Source: a virus
Reading direction: 5' to 3' (one strand)
IMG/VR virus record: IMGVR_UViG_3300042566_000478
Coordinates: 1 to 64,000 of that record
Length of the DNA: 64,000 nt
Part shown: piece by piece, positions 17,384 to 25,597 of the stretch
Position numbering within the stretch: position 1 is the stretch's first letter
Layout of the letters: each line of letters starts with the position of its first letter
Made by a program: the position numbers and the translations under genes
The notes under the pieces: generated by a model
Told to the model about the DNA's origin: nothing
The model's input: the letters and a program-made list of their open reading frames with translations, nothing else
The model's database searches: none

Positions 17384-17548
17384 TTACTTCTTACCTTTTT
17401 TAGACACAGCCATATTGTCCACAAGGTTTGGGTAGGGGCGACCAGCAGACTTAGCACGAGCCTTTGCCTCTGCTTTTTGGTCAGGAGTCAATTTAGTTGA
17501 TTTCTTTTTAGGGTTTGGTTTATCCCAAACGTCTTTTTTAGAAGCCAT
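17384..17548 (-). CDS. small basic protein (54 aa)
   Basis: read manually: MASKKDVWDKPNPKKKSTKLTPDQKAEAKARAKSAGRPYPNLVDNMAV... Confidence 0.75.
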   Translation of the reverse strand: MASKKDVWDKPNPKKKSTKLTPDQKAEAKARAKSAGRPYPNLVDNMAVSKKGKK

Positions 17549-17715
17549 TATTTCTTCTTCTTTTCTTTAGATTGACCTGCTTCGGACAAAGCGATTGCTA
17601 TTGCTTGTTTCTTATCTACAACAGTTGGGCCGTTCTTAGAGCCTGAACGGAGTTCACCGTGAGCGTACTCTCTCATTACTTTTGCTACTTTTTTAGCACC
17701 TTTTTTATCAGCCAT
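17548..17715 (-). CDS. DUF6496-like small basic protein (55 aa)
   Basis: read manually: KKVAKVMREYAHGELRSGSKNGPTVVDKKQAIAIALSEAG. Confidence 0.8.
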   Translation of the reverse strand: MADKKGAKKVAKVMREYAHGELRSGSKNGPTVVDKKQAIAIALSEAGQSKEKKKK

Positions 17716-18053
17716 TATTCCTCTGGTTTATCCATTGCGTCTTTTAGTGAAGAATGAAAATCTGTATCATTGGCTAGTTTCCAACGAACTTCATCATAGT
17801 TTACATCTTTCAGGTCAAAGATGTCAATCTGTCTTGGAAGGTGACCAAAAGAAACAGCAAGTTCGTGCAGTTTTTGGTCTGGTATTTTCTTCAAGACATC
17901 AAAAACAGGTTTGTTGGCGGTGCGCTTAGTCATCTCATCATTAGCGTCAGCAAACAATCCTTTTTTTGCTACAGATGGATGGAACTGTTGCTGTTCCCCA
18001 CGTTTCGCCATTTTCTTACGGCGAAACTCCGCCATGTCAATGATTTCGCCCAC
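17715..18053 (-). CDS. hypothetical protein
   Basis: ORF track; coupled to downstream gene. Confidence 0.65.
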   Translation of the reverse strand: MGEIIDMAEFRRKKMAKRGEQQQFHPSVAKKGLFADANDEMTKRTANKPVFDVLKKIPDQKLHELAVSFGHLPRQIDIFDLKDVNYDEVRWKLANDTDFHSSLKDAMDKPEE

Positions 18054-18063
18054 ATTACAACCT

Positions 18064-18264
18064 TTAGAGGCTAATTACTGGTTCAGTTGCCTCAGCCATT
18101 GGGCTCTTTGGGGTAATGCCGTACTGAGGTGGAGCAACAAGACTGCGCTTGATTGATGTACTTTCGTCTACCTCACCACCACGACTTGGGGTCAGCGACT
18201 TGTATGTACCATCCATGATTCCCAAGCGGAGGTCTTGGTTCTGTGAGCGTGAAGTATTTTGCAT
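18064..18264 (-). CDS. hypothetical protein
   Basis: SRSQNQDLRLGIMDGTYK; AAGGA RBS. Confidence 0.65.
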   Translation of the reverse strand: MQNTSRSQNQDLRLGIMDGTYKSLTPSRGGEVDESTSIKRSLVAPPQYGITPKSPMAEATEPVISL

Positions 18265-18303
18265 ATCAATCCTTATCGGTTGTGGGCAGATGCACCCATT
18301 TTA

Positions 18304-19131
18304 TCATCTACGGTTTTGTGCATTTCCTGCTGTAGAAATAACCATACCTTCAATGTTTCCAGCGTTCATAAAACCAGGTGCTGGAGAACCGTCACCACCG
18401 CCACCAAAAGTGTTGTCATTACCTTGGAATGCATTGGCTGAAGAAGCATCATTGATAACTGAACCAGTTTTTGAAGGCTTTGCAGGAGGTTTAGCAGCAG
18501 GCTTTGGCTTTACAGGTTTAGGAGTTCTGTTTGGGTTACGAGTTCCATAGGCAGGGTTTTCAGCCTTTTTCTGCGCTCGTTTTTCTGCTGTTGCCTTCTT
18601 TTGTTCATCGGTGCGTGGGGCTCTTGGGGCTCGTGAAGGTTGGGCAGGTTCAGCAGAACCACCCATAACACTGTCACCATAATTTTTAGCGGTGGTTTGT
18701 GGAGCAAAAACAGTACCCTGTGCGTTTTGTGGTGGTTGCCAGTTATCGGTAACTCGTGGTTTACTGACCGCAGAGTCACCATAATACTTACCTGTGTCTT
18801 GTGGAGCAAAAGTAGTATTTACAGGAGGGAGAGCGCCAACAATCTTGGTAATGTCATCGGCGTTAAAACCACCGCCACCGCCACCACCGCCTGAACCACC
18901 ACCGCCAGTATTGCGGTCACCATATCTGCGGTTCATTTGGCTGATGCTTTCAAAGGCATCTGGGAATGGGCTTTGTGCTTGTTTTGGTCTTCTCATAGCA
19001 GACCAGTCACGCTGAGTACCAGCGTTGGCAGGGCTAAAAGGTGCTACCTGTGGGGCTTCGCCTCGGTTGATACGCCCTGTAGCGTTATACAAAGGAGTTG
19101 TATTTACTTCACCAAAGCGGTTTGTAGGCAT
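18304..19131 (-). CDS. Gly/Pro/Lys-rich disordered protein with GSVINDASSANAFQGN motif
   Basis: low-complexity ORF; C-terminus paralogous to 20489-22108. Confidence 0.7.
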   Translation of the reverse strand: MPTNRFGEVNTTPLYNATGRINRGEAPQVAPFSPANAGTQRDWSAMRRPKQAQSPFPDAFESISQMNRRYGDRNTGGGGSGGGGGGGGFNADDITKIVGALPPVNTTFAPQDTGKYYGDSAVSKPRVTDNWQPPQNAQGTVFAPQTTAKNYGDSVMGGSAEPAQPSRAPRAPRTDEQKKATAEKRAQKKAENPAYGTRNPNRTPKPVKPKPAAKPPAKPSKTGSVINDASSANAFQGNDNTFGGGGDGSPAPGFMNAGNIEGMVISTAGNAQNRR

Positions 19132-19137
19132 GTTCTA

Positions 19138-19458
19138 TTATACCCACAGACTTTGCATTGAGTATCTACCACTACCACCGTAGGTATCGTCATTCATTTG
19201 TGCTCGGCGGAACATTACAGGAGCACCAGAAACCCATGAACGGTATGTTGGGGCGTAACGGTCTACAGATAGAACATCCATAACACCAAGTTCTTGTTTT
19301 AAGAACCCACGACTCTCTGGCATTAACTGCTGAGGAACAACAGGGCGAGTAGCACGGATAGTTTCTGGGTCAGAAATAGCATTCTGCAATGCAATATCCA
19401 CCAGCATCTCTTCACGAGATTGCCAAGGTCTGCGAGTGCGCTGGTTATCTACAGGCAT
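19138..19458 (-). CDS. hypothetical protein
   Basis: ORF track. Confidence 0.7.
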   Translation of the reverse strand: MPVDNQRTRRPWQSREEMLVDIALQNAISDPETIRATRPVVPQQLMPESRGFLKQELGVMDVLSVDRYAPTYRSWVSGAPVMFRRAQMNDDTYGGSGRYSMQSLWV

Positions 19459-19460
19459 TG

Positions 19461-19649
19461 TTACTGACCGTAACTTGCAGGAGTTTGTTGCGAGGGTAGC
19501 AACTCACTACTATCTGTTTTGTCACTAAGTTTACCAATGTCTTCTTTATTATGTTTGTCTGCTAACTCATCACTGCGAGTGTCACCGCCAAAAAATTGAC
19601 GACCAACCTTACGGTTTGGGTGATGTCGGGTGTCTTCTCCGTTAGGCAT
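19461..19649 (-). CDS. DTRH-tag small protein
   Basis: starts MPNGEDTRHHPNRKVG; GAGGAG RBS. Confidence 0.75.
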   Translation of the reverse strand: MPNGEDTRHHPNRKVGRQFFGGDTRSDELADKHNKEDIGKLSDKTDSSELLPSQQTPASYGQ

Positions 19650-19651
19650 AT

Positions 19652-19987
19652 TTACTCCTCGTAATAATGTGCTGTGCTGTGTGGGTTACTGCGGTCAGGC
19701 ATATCTATGTCAGTGTTGTGGGTGTATTGGTCACGATACATCTCATCTACATCTCCGTGGAACCTTTTCACATTTTGTATAATCTGTTCCATTGAAGCAG
19801 GTGTACCATCAAGATTGGTTCCAAAGTGTTTATGCATTTCACCATCTGTCATCGCCTCAGCCACAATTCCGTGTGATTCCGTTTGTGGCTTTAAATACGT
19901 AGGCATGCTCTTAACTACTCCTGCGGTAAATGAAACTGCGTTAAGGTGATTGTCACCTATTTCGTTATTACGATGGTCACGTGCCAT
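19652..19987 (-). CDS. hypothetical protein
   Basis: ORF track; TAATG coupling. Confidence 0.7.
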   Translation of the reverse strand: MARDHRNNEIGDNHLNAVSFTAGVVKSMPTYLKPQTESHGIVAEAMTDGEMHKHFGTNLDGTPASMEQIIQNVKRFHGDVDEMYRDQYTHNTDIDMPDRSNPHSTAHYYEE

Positions 19988-20181
19988 TAGTCTCTCATTT
20001 CTCTTTCGCTGAATCCAGAATCTGGGGTTAGACCGTCATTACCACGAGCATCTTCCATCGCTTCGTAAGCATCACGGTCTTCCTGTTCCATCTGCTTTTC
20101 ACGCATTTCGTTGTGCATATCCATAATGTCACGACCAACACGGCGACCCATGTGATGACGAGTGTCTTGTCCTCTAGGCAT
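19987..20181 (-). CDS. DTRH-tag small protein
   Basis: starts MPRGQDTRHHMGRRVG. Confidence 0.75.
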   Translation of the reverse strand: MPRGQDTRHHMGRRVGRDIMDMHNEMREKQMEQEDRDAYEAMEDARGNDGLTPDSGFSEREMRD

Positions 20182-20489
20182 TACTTAATCGGCTTTCCTC
20201 TAAATGATGGATTGTTGTTTTCATCCCATGAGAATAGCGGTTTCTTTTCTACTCTTCCAGTACCGCCTTTAGCCTTATCAATGAGGTTACGAGGGGCAAT
20301 GTCAGACAGACGGGCTTCTTGACCCGTGTACTCAGGTGTGTTTGGGTCATCCAAGTCAGGATTTCCTGGTCCACCAATCATTGCATCTTTAATGCGAGAC
20401 ATCATTGAAGGCTTTGCCTTCTTAGCACGATGTGCATCAAGACTTACAATGCGAGCACCGTGATGACGGGTGTCTTCACCTTTAGGCAT
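20181..20489 (-). CDS. DTRH-tag small protein
   Basis: starts MPKGEDTRHHGARIV. Confidence 0.75.
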   Translation of the reverse strand: MPKGEDTRHHGARIVSLDAHRAKKAKPSMMSRIKDAMIGGPGNPDLDDPNTPEYTGQEARLSDIAPRNLIDKAKGGTGRVEKKPLFSWDENNNPSFRGKPIK

Positions 20490-22108
20490 TATGGTTGCTG
20501 AGTTCTTGGATTGTTAGTTGTTGGGCGACCTTGGCGTGTTGCGTTATGTCCACGAACATGTGCATTTCCACCAGTTGAAACAGCCATACCAGGACCATCA
20601 GTAGTTGCGTTTCCACCAGTTGAGATAGCCATACCGCCACCACCAATGTTGCCAGCGTTGAAAGAGTTGTTACCAAAGGTGTTGTTGTTACCTTGGAAAG
20701 CGTTGTTGCTTGATGTGTCGTTAATGACCGCACCATTCATGCTTCTGTTGTAGTTCTTACTGGTGTTTTGTGGTGCGTATGTGTTACCGCCACCACCGCC
20801 TGAGCCACCGCTTGGAGGAGTACTTCCACCTGCGCCACCACCAGTTGGAGGTGTTGGAGGAGGGAAACCTGCACCAGGAGTTACATAACCACCACCAGGA
20901 GGTGGAGGTGGAGGTGTTCCACCGCCAGAACCAGATGTTGGGCGTGGAGGACTTGGAGGTGCTCCAGCGCCAGCAGTTGGTGCTCCACCTTTACCGCCAG
21001 AACCTGAAATCCATCCACGAATACGTGAACCAAAACTTGGCTTAGTTGGCTCTGCTTCAGGAGCAGAAACAGGTTCACTTGCAGGCGCAGACTGTGGTTT
21101 TGGAGTGGTGTCTCGGCTACCAGTTTCTTTCATGTCACGAAGTTTGCGAATGCGTTCAGCGTTAGCCTTAGCCTCTTCAGCAGTTCCGTAAACAGGTTCA
21201 CTCTTACCAGACTTGTCAGTGTTCAAAATAAAACGCCGACCATCACCTCGTGGTTTTGGTGAAGAAGTATCGGGAGCAGAATCTTCATCAGAAGAACCAT
21301 AGGTGATTACACCTACATCCTCGGAAGATTCTGACTTTCTTGGGCTAATTTCTCGGTAGCCTTGTGCTGCCAAATCGTCATATTCTGTTTTTTGTTCTGG
21401 GGTTAGTTTGTCATACCCAGGTGTTGTTTTCTTAGCCTCTGGCTTCTTGGTGAAGCGGTTAAGGTCAACAGTGTTACCTGAACTATCTGAACGAGGAACT
21501 TGTGGAGGGACAGTAGAACCCTTACCAGCAAGTGCGCTGTCATCATTAACTACTGGACCACTTGTTGGAGTTCCTTTACCCTTTGGCATCCCACCATCAT
21601 CGTTAACTACTGGTGTAGATTTTGGTGTTGGCGTTTTCTTATTAGCACCTGGCTTCTTGCTCTTAGGCTTTGCCTTTTCCTTTTCAGCAGTCTCGTTCAT
21701 GCGCTCTACTGCGGCATCAGTTGCATTCTTTTTCTTAGCAGTAGGCTTCTTAGTATCTTTTTTAGTTGCCACGGTGTCTTCTCCTGACGAAAGTAGTGGT
21801 GATGTGCGCCATGCGCCTTCTGAAACTAGTTTTTTCTTGCGCTCTTCATTAGAAGCAAGGGCTTCTGTTGGACCAGCCGCTTCACGCTTTTCTTTACGGT
21901 CAGCAAGTCTGCGACCTTTAAGTCCTGACGCTTGGTCTTCTGCGCTTACTGCTTTACGAGCAGCAGAAACAGCATCACGCATTTCCTTTTCTTCTTCTGG
22001 CAATTTATATTCGCCAGCAAGAGGACCACTAACTACCTCAGCACGACCACCACGACCACCTTTTGAGTAGTAATTCTTATCTTTTTTAGAAGCCATGATT
22101 ATCTCCAA
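20489..22108 (-). CDS. large basic intrinsically disordered protein
   Basis: K/P/G-rich; likely start MASKKD at 22096; C-terminal GAVINDTSSNNAFQGN motif. Confidence 0.75.
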   Translation of the reverse strand: MEIIMASKKDKNYYSKGGRGGRAEVVSGPLAGEYKLPEEEKEMRDAVSAARKAVSAEDQASGLKGRRLADRKEKREAAGPTEALASNEERKKKLVSEGAWRTSPLLSSGEDTVATKKDTKKPTAKKKNATDAAVERMNETAEKEKAKPKSKKPGANKKTPTPKSTPVVNDDGGMPKGKGTPTSGPVVNDDSALAGKGSTVPPQVPRSDSSGNTVDLNRFTKKPEAKKTTPGYDKLTPEQKTEYDDLAAQGYREISPRKSESSEDVGVITYGSSDEDSAPDTSSPKPRGDGRRFILNTDKSGKSEPVYGTAEEAKANAERIRKLRDMKETGSRDTTPKPQSAPASEPVSAPEAEPTKPSFGSRIRGWISGSGGKGGAPTAGAGAPPSPPRPTSGSGGGTPPPPPPGGGYVTPGAGFPPPTPPTGGGAGGSTPPSGGSGGGGGNTYAPQNTSKNYNRSMNGAVINDTSSNNAFQGNNNTFGNNSFNAGNIGGGGMAISTGGNATTDGPGMAVSTGGNAHVRGHNATRQGRPTTNNPRTQQP

Positions 22109-22599
22109 GTAGGGCGAAGCGTTTGCAAGGATGCACGGCGCTCTGCGTCAATATAATCTTGGTTAGGTTGGTCCATGACACGAGGAATGCCTTTAGGTCC
22201 AACTTTACCGTCATTCGTCAATTGTACAGGAACTGCGCCTGGAGGTGCGAACTTCCTACCTTTTGATTCATATGCGATACCAGTCCACATATTGAACTCA
22301 TCAGGCCAAATGTAATCGCCTGGATTGATTCGCTCACCTTTGTGTACTCCACGAGAGTATTGACGAGCATTCATTCGGCTTAGTGAGCCAAGAATCTTGT
22401 CCTGTCTACGATTAGACGACATTGTGCCAAGGTATCCATCTGGATACGTGGTGTCTTGTAATGTCCTGTAACCAGCAAGTTGGTAATCCTTGTTGTTACG
22501 GAAAACAGGAGCAGGGCCAAATTGCGCCTGCGTAGCAGCGCCTGGAGGGTCGGAAGGACTATTCCAATGTGTAAATGCGGTTTGAGAAGAACCAGCCAT
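22099..22599 (-). CDS. hypothetical protein
   Basis: YPDGYLGT..SNRRQDK...YSRGVHKGERI motif looks like a conserved phage protein. Confidence 0.8.
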   Translation of the reverse strand: MAGSSQTAFTHWNSPSDPPGAATQAQFGPAPVFRNNKDYQLAGYRTLQDTTYPDGYLGTMSSNRRQDKILGSLSRMNARQYSRGVHKGERINPGDYIWPDEFNMWTGIAYESKGRKFAPPGAVPVQLTNDGKVGPKGIPRVMDQPNQDYIDAERRASLQTLRPTWR

Positions 22600-22724
22600 C
22601 AGCCATTACCAGCCATACCTGCATTCATACCCGTGAGAAAACCACCTTGTGCGCCAGCCACAGCAGTGATTGGGCGTGGTTTAGCCTTTTTAGTTGCTTT
22701 CTTCTTCTTCTTTTTAGCAGCCAC
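22599..22724 (-). CDS. small Lys-rich protein (41 aa)
   Basis: read manually: GTG-AAKKKKK...PITAVAGAQGGFLTGMNAGMAGNG; coupled at both ends. Confidence 0.55.
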   Translation of the reverse strand: MAAKKKKKKATKKAKPRPITAVAGAQGGFLTGMNAGMAGNG

Positions 22725-23071
22725 TAGTTATACCAACCGTTCCTATATCTTTCTTCACGCTCTTCTTTTGGTGGCATTGGTTTTTCTTTTTTAGGGGCAG
22801 GCTTTGACTTTTCTTTATTAGGGGCAGGCTTTGGAGGGTAACTGTTGTAGTCATCCCTCTTCTTCTGTGGACCATACGGGTCGTTTGGACCACCAGGACC
22901 ATTAGGACCGCTACCACCACCAGCGCCAGCAATCTTCTTTTTAGGTGGTTTTTGTCCAGCGCCACCACCACCTGTGCTTGTTTGTGGGGCAGGTGGGTAA
23001 AACTTTTCGTTTATTTCACGAACACCTACTTTGCGAGCAGGGTTGTGACGAGTGTCTTGTCCTCTAGGCAT
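22724..23071 (-). CDS. DTRH-tag Pro/Lys-rich protein
   Basis: starts MPRGQDTRHNPARKVG. Confidence 0.75.
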   Translation of the reverse strand: MPRGQDTRHNPARKVGVREINEKFYPPAPQTSTGGGGAGQKPPKKKIAGAGGGSGPNGPGGPNDPYGPQKKRDDYNSYPPKPAPNKEKSKPAPKKEKPMPPKEEREERYRNGWYN

Positions 23072-23073
23072 GG

Positions 23074-23241
23074 TTACTTCCTATCTTGCTTAACTTTAAC
23101 TTTTACGCCACTCTTTTTACGAGAAACGCCAACATCAAAACCATCGCCATCGTAAGTAATGGTCCCGTAAAGAGGGTTACCTCCAGCAGACTTGCTCTTA
23201 TCTCGCTTGTATGAAAACTTTCCAAATTGGAATTCGTTCAT
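23074..23241 (-). CDS. small basic protein (55 aa)
   Basis: read manually: MNEFQFGKFSYKRDKSKSAGGNPLYGT...; GGAG RBS. Confidence 0.55.
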   Translation of the reverse strand: MNEFQFGKFSYKRDKSKSAGGNPLYGTITYDGDGFDVGVSRKKSGVKVKVKQDRK

Positions 23242-23243
23242 AA

Positions 23244-23447
23244 CTAACTCCAGCGTTGGTCAAGCCAAACTTTGATTTTTCCAGCACCAGTTGGTCGTGG
23301 TGGGCGAATAATGGCAACACTATCCTCACCATTTGGAACAAACCGTGAAGATGATGGATTATGCATAGCATCTACTTGTTTGCGGTTTGCACGACCACCA
23401 TATACTGGTTCACTGTAGACTTTAGAAGATTTGCGAATGTATCCCAT
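23244..23447 (-). CDS. hypothetical basic protein
   Basis: ORF track. Confidence 0.6.
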   Translation of the reverse strand: MGYIRKSSKVYSEPVYGGRANRKQVDAMHNPSSSRFVPNGEDSVAIIRPPRPTGAGKIKVWLDQRWS

Positions 23448-23449
23448 AA

Positions 23450-24016
23450 TCAGTAAGGCATATCCTTATCCATGTCAGCCCTCATTTTGTTTTCTTTTTG
23501 GCGGTAGGCTTGTTCGCCTTTAGCACCACCTTCAAGGTATGCCTTCTCACTTCTTTCTGGTTGAATGGCAAATGGGCCTGTTTGACTACGAGCAACTGAT
23601 TCGTTAGTCTTCATGCGGTCTGTTTCTTGCTTTTTAGCAACATCAAACGATTGTCCTGCGGCTTTTGACTCAGCCATTACTTTAGGGCTGTTTACTTTTT
23701 TCAAAGCCTTTGCAGACTTCTTCTTATCCTTAAGAATTGCTTTACCTTCTGGGGATGAAGGCTCATGGTAAGTGGTGTATTCAGCACCAATCTTTACACG
23801 CTTACGGGCTGTATCAGACTGAAGGATACTTGGACCACCATTACCTGTAGAAGCAGCATCACGGTCTGCTCGGCGCTGGGTCATTGCCTGTGTAGTGTTG
23901 CCACTATCGTCACGAACCGTGTGGGTGTCTGGCTTTGCGCCAACTCGTGGCTTATGTGCGCCACTGTTTGCAAACGGGGTGATACTGTTCACCTTGTCAC
24001 GATTAAACCAGCCCAT
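23450..24016 (-). CDS. hypothetical basic disordered protein
   Basis: ORF track; GAGG RBS. Confidence 0.7.
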   Translation of the reverse strand: MGWFNRDKVNSITPFANSGAHKPRVGAKPDTHTVRDDSGNTTQAMTQRRADRDAASTGNGGPSILQSDTARKRVKIGAEYTTYHEPSSPEGKAILKDKKKSAKALKKVNSPKVMAESKAAGQSFDVAKKQETDRMKTNESVARSQTGPFAIQPERSEKAYLEGGAKGEQAYRQKENKMRADMDKDMPY

Positions 24017-24019
24017 GTT

Positions 24020-24310
24020 TTACCTCACTACGGGTTTGAAGGATATAGCGGAGATATTCTCTCCATTCTCTCCAATAATATCATCAAAGCCAATAACAAA
24101 AGATAGGTCAATACCACGTGGGGCAACAAAGCCTCTTGCAATGGCTGAGGCTTTAGCGGCTTGGTTCACAGCGCTTGCGCCAATGGCACGAATCTTAGGC
24201 AATTGACCAGCCACGATTGAACGGGCAAGGATAGAACCCACGCTTTGGGGGTTACTTGAGCCTGATACTTTCAGGACATCTTCAACTTTTGTATTCAGTT
24301 CTTGGGACAT
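24020..24310 (-). CDS. spoVS: SpoVS-family (Alba-like fold) protein
   Basis: VLKVSGSSNPQSVG...AIGASAVNQAAKASAIARGFVAPRGIDL. Confidence 0.9.
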   Translation of the reverse strand: MSQELNTKVEDVLKVSGSSNPQSVGSILARSIVAGQLPKIRAIGASAVNQAAKASAIARGFVAPRGIDLSFVIGFDDIIGENGENISAISFKPVVR

Positions 24311-24352
24311 ATTGACTCCTAGTTAGGTAAACAGTTGTCCCAATAATATCAT

Positions 24353-24724
24353 TTATACGTAACCAGCATCCTTGAGCAACTTAAGCATGTCTTCTAACGG
24401 CATAATTGCATAGGATTCACCAATTGCAGCAGCACCTTTTCCTGGTCGCTTTACCACCAGCAAAGGTACTCCACGCTTTAACTTGGAAGCCTGCTCCACA
24501 GTGGCATTGAGCCATTCGCTTAGTTTAAAAGACTTCTGGTTCTTGCATTGGATGGCAATCTCTTTAGGAGGAATGTCACGAGCCTGAACTACTCCGTGAA
24601 TATCCCCAGCATCGTTCTCACCAGCGAGGGCAGTACGGCGAGCATTACAGAAATCTTGCTCCTTGAGGTAGTTGACAATTAAGGTTTCAAACGAAGTGCC
24701 TTTGGCTTTGTGTTTATTTCCCAT
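24353..24724 (-). CDS. Holliday junction resolvase (Hjc-like PD-(D/E)XK)
   Basis: KAKGTSFE, DAGDI, IQCKN, LSEWL, LVVKRPG. Confidence 0.8.
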   Translation of the reverse strand: MGNKHKAKGTSFETLIVNYLKEQDFCNARRTALAGENDAGDIHGVVQARDIPPKEIAIQCKNQKSFKLSEWLNATVEQASKLKRGVPLLVVKRPGKGAAAIGESYAIMPLEDMLKLLKDAGYV

Positions 24725-25127
24725 AACCTAACTCTTCCATAATCCTTTTACCTTTTTCCGTAATAGCGTAGACACCGTTAGGGTGACCTACCATGCTTAA
24801 CCTGGTTTCTTTAGTGGCAAACAAGAAATCTGAGCCAGCCAAAGCACTCACATAACGGCGATGGTTGTACTTACTACCTTCATCATTCATGCCTGTAAGT
24901 TCCCCAACTTCATCTGCTGTTAAATCCTTGTGGTCATAGAAACAACGCAAGACAGGGTAGTAAGGGGAACTTTCAGTAAGCGTTCCAATTATTTGTTTCT
25001 TTGTTTGTTTGTGGGCTATTCCACCTGTGTCAAGTAGGTTACGAAGACGGACAATTTCTTCAGCCGCTTCTACGCAATCTGCCTTTTTGGGAAAATTCCC
25101 ACGAAGCCTCTCAACAATATCTTTCAT
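24714..25127 (-). CDS. winged-helix protein
   Basis: KDIVERLR...AAEEIVRLR N-terminus; LTADEV...RRYVSAL...VYAITEKG. Confidence 0.65.
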   Translation of the reverse strand: MKDIVERLRGNFPKKADCVEAAEEIVRLRNLLDTGGIAHKQTKKQIIGTLTESSPYYPVLRCFYDHKDLTADEVGELTGMNDEGSKYNHRRYVSALAGSDFLFATKETRLSMVGHPNGVYAITEKGKRIMEELGYGK

Positions 25128-25597
25128 TAAGGGGTGAACCTGTGTTGGCGAAGTTCTTTACCTGACATACCAATACGGCGTGACAACTCACGAGAAACTA
25201 CCTGAGCACCACGCTCGCAACGGTCAAACACTGTGTCTACCAGTTTTCGGTAAGCACGTTTCTGTGTGTAGATTTCCAACTGCTCGGTAATCTTTGGGTC
25301 AATGTCACGCTTGGCTTTAGCCACGGTAACCAAGTCACCCTTGGTCTTGTTTCCCCACTGCTCAATCAAGATGGATGACTGGAGGTATTCAAACTCGTTA
25401 CGGGTGCGTTCCTCAGCAATCTCAGCCTGAACAAGTTGTGCTTTGGCGTAAACCAACCAAGCCATGAAGTCGGTGTACAACTCCATCAAGTCATGGTCAC
25501 CGATGTCTCCAATGTTACGAGGAAGTTCTGGGAGTAGTCCTTTTGGCTTTTCTGGTAACGGGAAGTTTTGTTTGAACAGTTCCATCTCTGGATTCAT
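25127..25597 (-). CDS. coiled-coil protein, possible UvsY-like recombination mediator
   Basis: helical; SRELSRR C-terminus; located beside RecA and Cas4-like genes. Confidence 0.5.
   Translation of the reverse strand: MNPEMELFKQNFPLPEKPKGLLPELPRNIGDIGDHDLMELYTDFMAWLVYAKAQLVQAEIAEERTRNEFEYLQSSILIEQWGNKTKGDLVTVAKAKRDIDPKITEQLEIYTQKRAYRKLVDTVFDRCERGAQVVSRELSRRIGMSGKELRQHRFTP

Noticed and set aside
20780-21000. Gly/Pro-rich stretch as a collagen-like fibre
   Set aside because: No sustained G-X-Y periodicity; it is a disordered linker.
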